NCBI GenBank assembly: GCA_028700115.1
Contig: JAQVTI010000001.1
Location: 90,001-122,000, forward strand
DNA: 32,000 bases
From: Candidatus Iainarchaeum sp.
Lineage (GTDB): Archaea; Iainarchaeota; Iainarchaeia; Iainarchaeales; CSSED10-239
Reading direction: 5' to 3'
Part shown: in pieces, positions 28,265 to 32,000 of the stretch
Layout: every line of letters starts with the position of its first letter
Numbering within the stretch: the first letter of the stretch is position 1
Notes under the pieces: model-generated
The model's input: only the letters and a program-made list of their open reading frames with translations
The model's database searches: none
Told to the model about the DNA's origin: nothing
Position numbers and translations under genes: made by a program

Positions 28265-28612
28265 TTAAGCAACACCTTCTACATTTTCTTTATTACCTTC
28301 TTGTTTTTTAGAAGAATTTTCTTTTGAAAATTCATTTAATTTTTTTATAATTTCAGATTCTTGTTTTTCTAAATTTTTTAATTTTAATTCAACTGTTTCT
28401 TTAGAATCTTTTGTTTGTTTTAAAACATCTGTTTTATCAGTCATAATAAAGATGTTTCCAACACCTTTAAAGACTCTTTTTTCAGAAGTTTTTTCAAGTT
28501 CTTTAATAGAAGAATCTAAAATATTTATTTGAAATTGCAATTGTTGTTTTTGTTGTGAAACAAACATTAATTGTTGTTTGTAAGTATTTACCATATTTTT
28601 TTCATTACTCAT
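28265..28612 (-). CDS. pfdB: Prefoldin beta subunit
   Basis: ORF 115 aa; coiled-coil with central VFKGVGNIFIM segment. Confidence 0.9.
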   Translation of the reverse strand: MSNEKNMVNTYKQQLMFVSQQKQQLQFQINILDSSIKELEKTSEKRVFKGVGNIFIMTDKTDVLKQTKDSKETVELKLKNLEKQESEIIKKLNEFSKENSSKKQEGNKENVEGVA

Positions 28613-28857
28613 AAATCCACCTCATAAGTTTTAGATATAAGTTCTAATAAACTTATATAATTATTCATTGTTGCTTTAAAAGCAATAATATCTTTTGCAA
28701 AAATCTTAATTACAAGATTTTTAGAATTATCAATATATATTTCTGAATCAGATCTTTTAAAATCTTTTCTTTTAATTTCTAAATCTAATAATTTTTTTAA
28801 ATTAATAGATTCTTTTGTAGAAATTATAATTTCAGAAGATAATATATTATCAATCAA
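28609..28857 (-). CDS. pcc1: KEOPS complex subunit Pcc1
   Basis: ORF 82 aa; small Pcc1-like alpha/beta protein ending FKATMNNYISLLELISKTYE; between prefoldin beta and Brix as in other archaea. Confidence 0.75.
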   Translation of the reverse strand: MIDNILSSEIIISTKESINLKKLLDLEIKRKDFKRSDSEIYIDNSKNLVIKIFAKDIIAFKATMNNYISLLELISKTYEVDL

Positions 28858-29317
28858 ACATAATCACTTTTAAAAGTTTAAATTTTATCCCAAGAAAAAC
28901 ATCTTGAAATCTAAATTCAAAAAAATCATTTTCATAAAAAAGTTCAAAATCACTTTTTACAGTTTTTTTATTTTTATCTAAAAAATAAAATAAATTTTTG
29001 GAATCTTTTATCTTAATTGGTATAAATGCTTTAAAAGATTTAAAAGATCTTAAATCAATTAAATCTATTAAATATTCTCTTTCTGGATAAAATGAATTAT
29101 CTTTATTTTTATAAATTAAAATACTAATAGATTTTAATCTGTTTTTTTTAATCAAAATAAAATATTTACATCCAAGATAATTTAACTTATTAAAAATATT
29201 TTTAAGAGGACCTTTTCCTCTTGGAAAATAATTTAAATTCAGAAGTTTAGAAAGATATTTTGCAAATTTAATAAGAGTTAAATTTGCATTTCTTGAACAA
29301 CTGATATTAATACTCAT
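28850..29317 (-). CDS. Brix-domain rRNA biogenesis protein
   Basis: ORF 155 aa; SCSRNANLTLIKFAKYLSKLLNLNYFPRGK typical of archaeal Imp4/Brix proteins. Confidence 0.85.
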   Translation of the reverse strand: MSINISCSRNANLTLIKFAKYLSKLLNLNYFPRGKGPLKNIFNKLNYLGCKYFILIKKNRLKSISILIYKNKDNSFYPEREYLIDLIDLRSFKSFKAFIPIKIKDSKNLFYFLDKNKKTVKSDFELFYENDFFEFRFQDVFLGIKFKLLKVIMFD

Positions 29318-29326
29318 AAATATCTT

Positions 29327-29455
29327 TTAATAAGCTTTAATTTTTTTAATAATAGGAAATCTTTTTTTATAAAAAGTCCTAGAACCACAAACACTACATT
29401 TATTATTTTCTGGAATCTCATCAAATTCAGTTTTACATCTTGAACAATAATACAT
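29327..29455 (-). CDS. rpoP: DNA-directed RNA polymerase subunit P (Rpb12-like), not in the ORF track
   Basis: Manual translation MYYCSRCKTEFDEIPENNKCSVCGSRTFYKKRFPIIKKIKAY*; two CxxC; SD GGTGA upstream. Confidence 0.88.
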   Translation of the reverse strand: MYYCSRCKTEFDEIPENNKCSVCGSRTFYKKRFPIIKKIKAY

Positions 29456-29477
29456 TTATATTCACCATTTATTTAAA

Positions 29478-29705
29478 TTATTTAGAACTTAATCTATATG
29501 CAGCACCTGCAATTTGGGATTTACATTTATCACATTTATAAATTCCAGAAGCTGTTCTTTTAATTTTTCCTTTATACCCACAATTAGGACAAACATATTC
29601 AGATTTATTTGTTTTTGTAGCTAAAATATATTTTTGTCTAATACCTCTTCCAGATCTAACACCATATTTTCCAGTTTGTTTAACTTTTTCTGTAGCCATA
29701 ATCAA
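29478..29705 (-). CDS. rpl37ae: Ribosomal protein eL43 (L37Ae)
   Basis: ORF 75 aa (start probably MATEK...); GKYGVRSGRGIR, CPNCGYKGKIKRTASGIYKCDKCK, AGAAY. Confidence 0.96.
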   Translation of the reverse strand: MIMATEKVKQTGKYGVRSGRGIRQKYILATKTNKSEYVCPNCGYKGKIKRTASGIYKCDKCKSQIAGAAYRLSSK

Positions 29706-29763
29706 ATCACTTTTTTAATTTTTATTTTTTTTTAATTTTTATAATATTTTAATTCTATAAAAA

Positions 29764-30561
29764 TTATATTAAACTTTTAATAATCTTAATAATTGAATCA
29801 TATTTTTTTATTGCAAGATCAATCATTATATTAATTTCATCTTCACTAAAACTTCCACCTTTACTTTTTTGACAAGAAACAATTGTATCTTTAATAAGAC
29901 CCAAACTAAATCTAGTATTAGATGTAAATTCTTCTTCTTCTGTAGGATCTATTAAAATTTTATTATCTATTTTCTCAAAAGTAATTGATAAAGGAATTTT
30001 ATTTAAATCTATTGGAAGAGAATCAGAAGATAATTCTTTTCCAATATTATTATTTTCATCTAAAATTGGAATTTTAGTATTTAATAAAGCTGCAAGAGCT
30101 GCAAATTCAGTAGCATCTATTAAATTTCCATCTGCATTAATTGCAATACAATCAATAAAAATAACAAATACTTTTTCACCAGAAACAATAGATAATTTTT
30201 TAAAGTCAATAAATTCTGAAGATCTTAAAGCTCTATCAGCAACTCTTCCATATTCAATTGCATCTATTTGTGGGGGTCCAGTAAAAAAATCTGGAGAAGA
30301 AATACCTGTTAATTCTAAATTTAAACTCATAGATCCTTCATCAGGAGAATCTGGATAAGGACTACCTACTGCAAACTTAATTCCTGCAATTATTTCTGTA
30401 TTACCTAATTTTACCCATGCAGATCCTGCTGCAGATGGAATCACACCTGTTTTTATTTCAAGATTTCTAAATTCATCTAAATTTCTTCCATCTAATCTTT
30501 TTCCTTCTTTAATTAATTTTAAAACATTATCTGCATTAACAATATTTAATATACTACTCAT
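29764..30561 (-). CDS. rrp42: Exosome complex subunit Rrp42
   Basis: ORF 265 aa; RLDGRNLDEFRNLEIKTG, LGNTEIIAGIKFAVGSPYPDSPDEG. Confidence 0.96.
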   Translation of the reverse strand: MSSILNIVNADNVLKLIKEGKRLDGRNLDEFRNLEIKTGVIPSAAGSAWVKLGNTEIIAGIKFAVGSPYPDSPDEGSMSLNLELTGISSPDFFTGPPQIDAIEYGRVADRALRSSEFIDFKKLSIVSGEKVFVIFIDCIAINADGNLIDATEFAALAALLNTKIPILDENNNIGKELSSDSLPIDLNKIPLSITFEKIDNKILIDPTEEEEFTSNTRFSLGLIKDTIVSCQKSKGGSFSEDEINIMIDLAIKKYDSIIKIIKSLI

Positions 30562-31283
30562 TGTAAATCACCTTCTAATGGATACTTTTCAAGAATTGCT
30601 TTCTTTTGAAGTTCATAAACTTTTTCAGCACCCTTTACTCCTACAGAAATTATTTTTTTCCAATCTTTTTGATTTACAAAACCATCCATTTGCATTAAAA
30701 CAATTTCATTTTGTGGCATTAAAACCCCAATTGCTGTGTCTACAGCATCAAAAGTATCTTCTTCATCTTTTGTTAAATCTAAAACAAATTCTCCATTTGC
30801 TCTTCCTGAAGCAACAGCACTAACAAGACCTTTCATTGGAAGACCTGCATCAGCACACGCTAAAGATGCAGCTGTTAATGCAGCAGCTCTTGTTCCAGCA
30901 TCCGCAGAAAGAATTATTGAATTTATATCAATAACAGTATTTGGAAATTGCTCTAAATCAATTGCTTTTTCTAAAGCAAACCCAGAAACTAAAGAAATTT
31001 CTTTATCTCTTTTTCCAGGAACTGGATTTTTTCTATCAGATACTGAAAAAGGAGCCATTCTATATCTATAATCAATTACAGCCTTTGTAGAATCTGCTAA
31101 ATGTTTTGGAAACATTGGTTTTGGTCCATGAACAGTAGCAATAACTATATTTCTACCCCATTCTAAATAACAGGAACCATCTGCACTTTTTACAACACCT
31201 AATTTTATATTTATAGGTCTTAATTGATCTATTTGTCTATTATCTAATCTTGTCATATTATCACACTCATATATTTTTCTCAA
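30558..31283 (-). CDS. rrp41: Exosome complex subunit Rrp41
   Basis: ORF 241 aa; SCYLEWGRNIVIATVHGPKPMFPKH, SADAGTRAAALTAASLA; true start probably MTRLDN..., a few codons in. Confidence 0.96.
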   Translation of the reverse strand: MRKIYECDNMTRLDNRQIDQLRPINIKLGVVKSADGSCYLEWGRNIVIATVHGPKPMFPKHLADSTKAVIDYRYRMAPFSVSDRKNPVPGKRDKEISLVSGFALEKAIDLEQFPNTVIDINSIILSADAGTRAAALTAASLACADAGLPMKGLVSAVASGRANGEFVLDLTKDEEDTFDAVDTAIGVLMPQNEIVLMQMDGFVNQKDWKKIISVGVKGAEKVYELQKKAILEKYPLEGDLQ

Positions 31284-31878
31284 TATATTCTTTTATTGAA
31301 TTTGTAAGGTTTGATTTTTGAGAATTATTTATAATCAAATTAATTGCATTTTCTAAAATTAAATAATTATCACAATTATACCAAATCCAACCATTTTTAC
31401 CAATAACAATATTGGCTTTAAGTAAATTTTTAAATAAATTAAGCATAGAATCATTTTTACCAATAAGCCTTGGAACTTTTACAGGAGATGCATTAAAAAG
31501 TCTTCCTTTTGGTAAAATATTTATATGATCTATATCAATAGTATCATTATCATTAACACTAGAAAGCCTTGCAAAAATAATTTGCCCTTTTTTAAGTTCT
31601 TTTTTAATCATTGATTTTGGTAAAAAAGTATCTGTAAAAGAATTATATTCTAAAACATAACCATTTGGAAGATCATCTTTTACAATCAAAATAATCCCAT
31701 CATTAACATTTGGCTTATAAATCCCATTTAAAGCAACAACTGAAATATAATCTGTTGATTCAGATAATAACCCAACAACTTGACTATAAACTTTATTATT
31801 TAAAAGAAAAACATTTGATCCTAATTTTTTTCGTTGATCAGTTAGAAACTCTCCTGGGATTACAATTTTTTTATCCAT
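31267..31878 (-). CDS. rrp4: Exosome complex RNA-binding subunit Rrp4
   Basis: ORF 203 aa; IVIPGEFL N-terminus, S1-like region YKPNVNDGIILIVKDDL, KH-like GKNGWIWY. Confidence 0.92.
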   Translation of the reverse strand: MDKKIVIPGEFLTDQRKKLGSNVFLLNNKVYSQVVGLLSESTDYISVVALNGIYKPNVNDGIILIVKDDLPNGYVLEYNSFTDTFLPKSMIKKELKKGQIIFARLSSVNDNDTIDIDHINILPKGRLFNASPVKVPRLIGKNDSMLNLFKNLLKANIVIGKNGWIWYNCDNYLILENAINLIINNSQKSNLTNSIKEYIEKNI

Positions 31879-31952
31879 TTTTAAATCACACTCACTATTA
31901 AATTTAAGATATTTATAAAATTTATAATTATTTAAAAAAAATCTTTAAAAAA

Positions 31953-32000
31953 TTAAATATCTTCTTCAACTTTTAAAATAATATTACCATGTGTAACATT
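31953..32000 (-). CDS. C-terminal end of a truncated CDS, probably SBDS
   Basis: Translates ...NVTHGNIILKVEEDI*; similar to SBDS C-termini and in the position where SBDS normally precedes rrp4; only 15 codons visible. Confidence 0.5.
   Translation of the reverse strand, partial: NVTHGNIILKVEEDI

Noticed and set aside
30578-31071. Plus-strand ORFs (30578-30823, 30736-31071) within rrp41
   Set aside because: Antisense to conserved Rrp41 coding sequence; compositional by-products.
31710-31901. 63-aa plus-strand ORF over the rrp4 5' end
   Set aside because: Antisense to the conserved Rrp4 N-terminus.
1-32000. Defence, toxin-antitoxin, provirus or transposon module
   Set aside because: I looked for transposase, integrase, restriction, toxin and phage structural motifs and found none; only the HTH orphan at 27815-28237 is remotely suggestive.

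Overview
AT-rich archaeal window. The gene content and very short, often overlapping gene spacing suggest a DPANN-type, Woesearchaeota/Pacearchaeota-like genome; this placement is inferred. Almost all of it is core information processing: FtsZ, R15P isomerase/aIF2B-like, family B DNA polymerase, aIF5A, MetRS, PheS-PheT, RNase Z, LonB, PCNA, RFC large subunit, ABCE1, aEF1-beta, histone, prefoldin beta, Pcc1, Brix, RpoP, eL43, Rrp42-Rrp41-Rrp4 and the C-terminal end of a likely SBDS. There is also a tRNA-Arg(TCG), three small CDSs missing from the ORF track (51-aa zinc ribbon, 42-aa RpoP, 55-aa basic protein) and a five-copy 17-bp tandem repeat at the 3' end of a Kef-type antiporter gene. I see no CRISPR array, no transposase and no clear defence system. 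The best candidates for follow-up are a four-gene pilin-like operon (19602-21395), a PolB with substituted motifs A and B (His at the Tyr steric-gate position), a bacterial-type MetRS, the repeat array, and an orphan protein with a resolvase-like HTH (27815-28237). None of these is strong evidence of a new system on its own.
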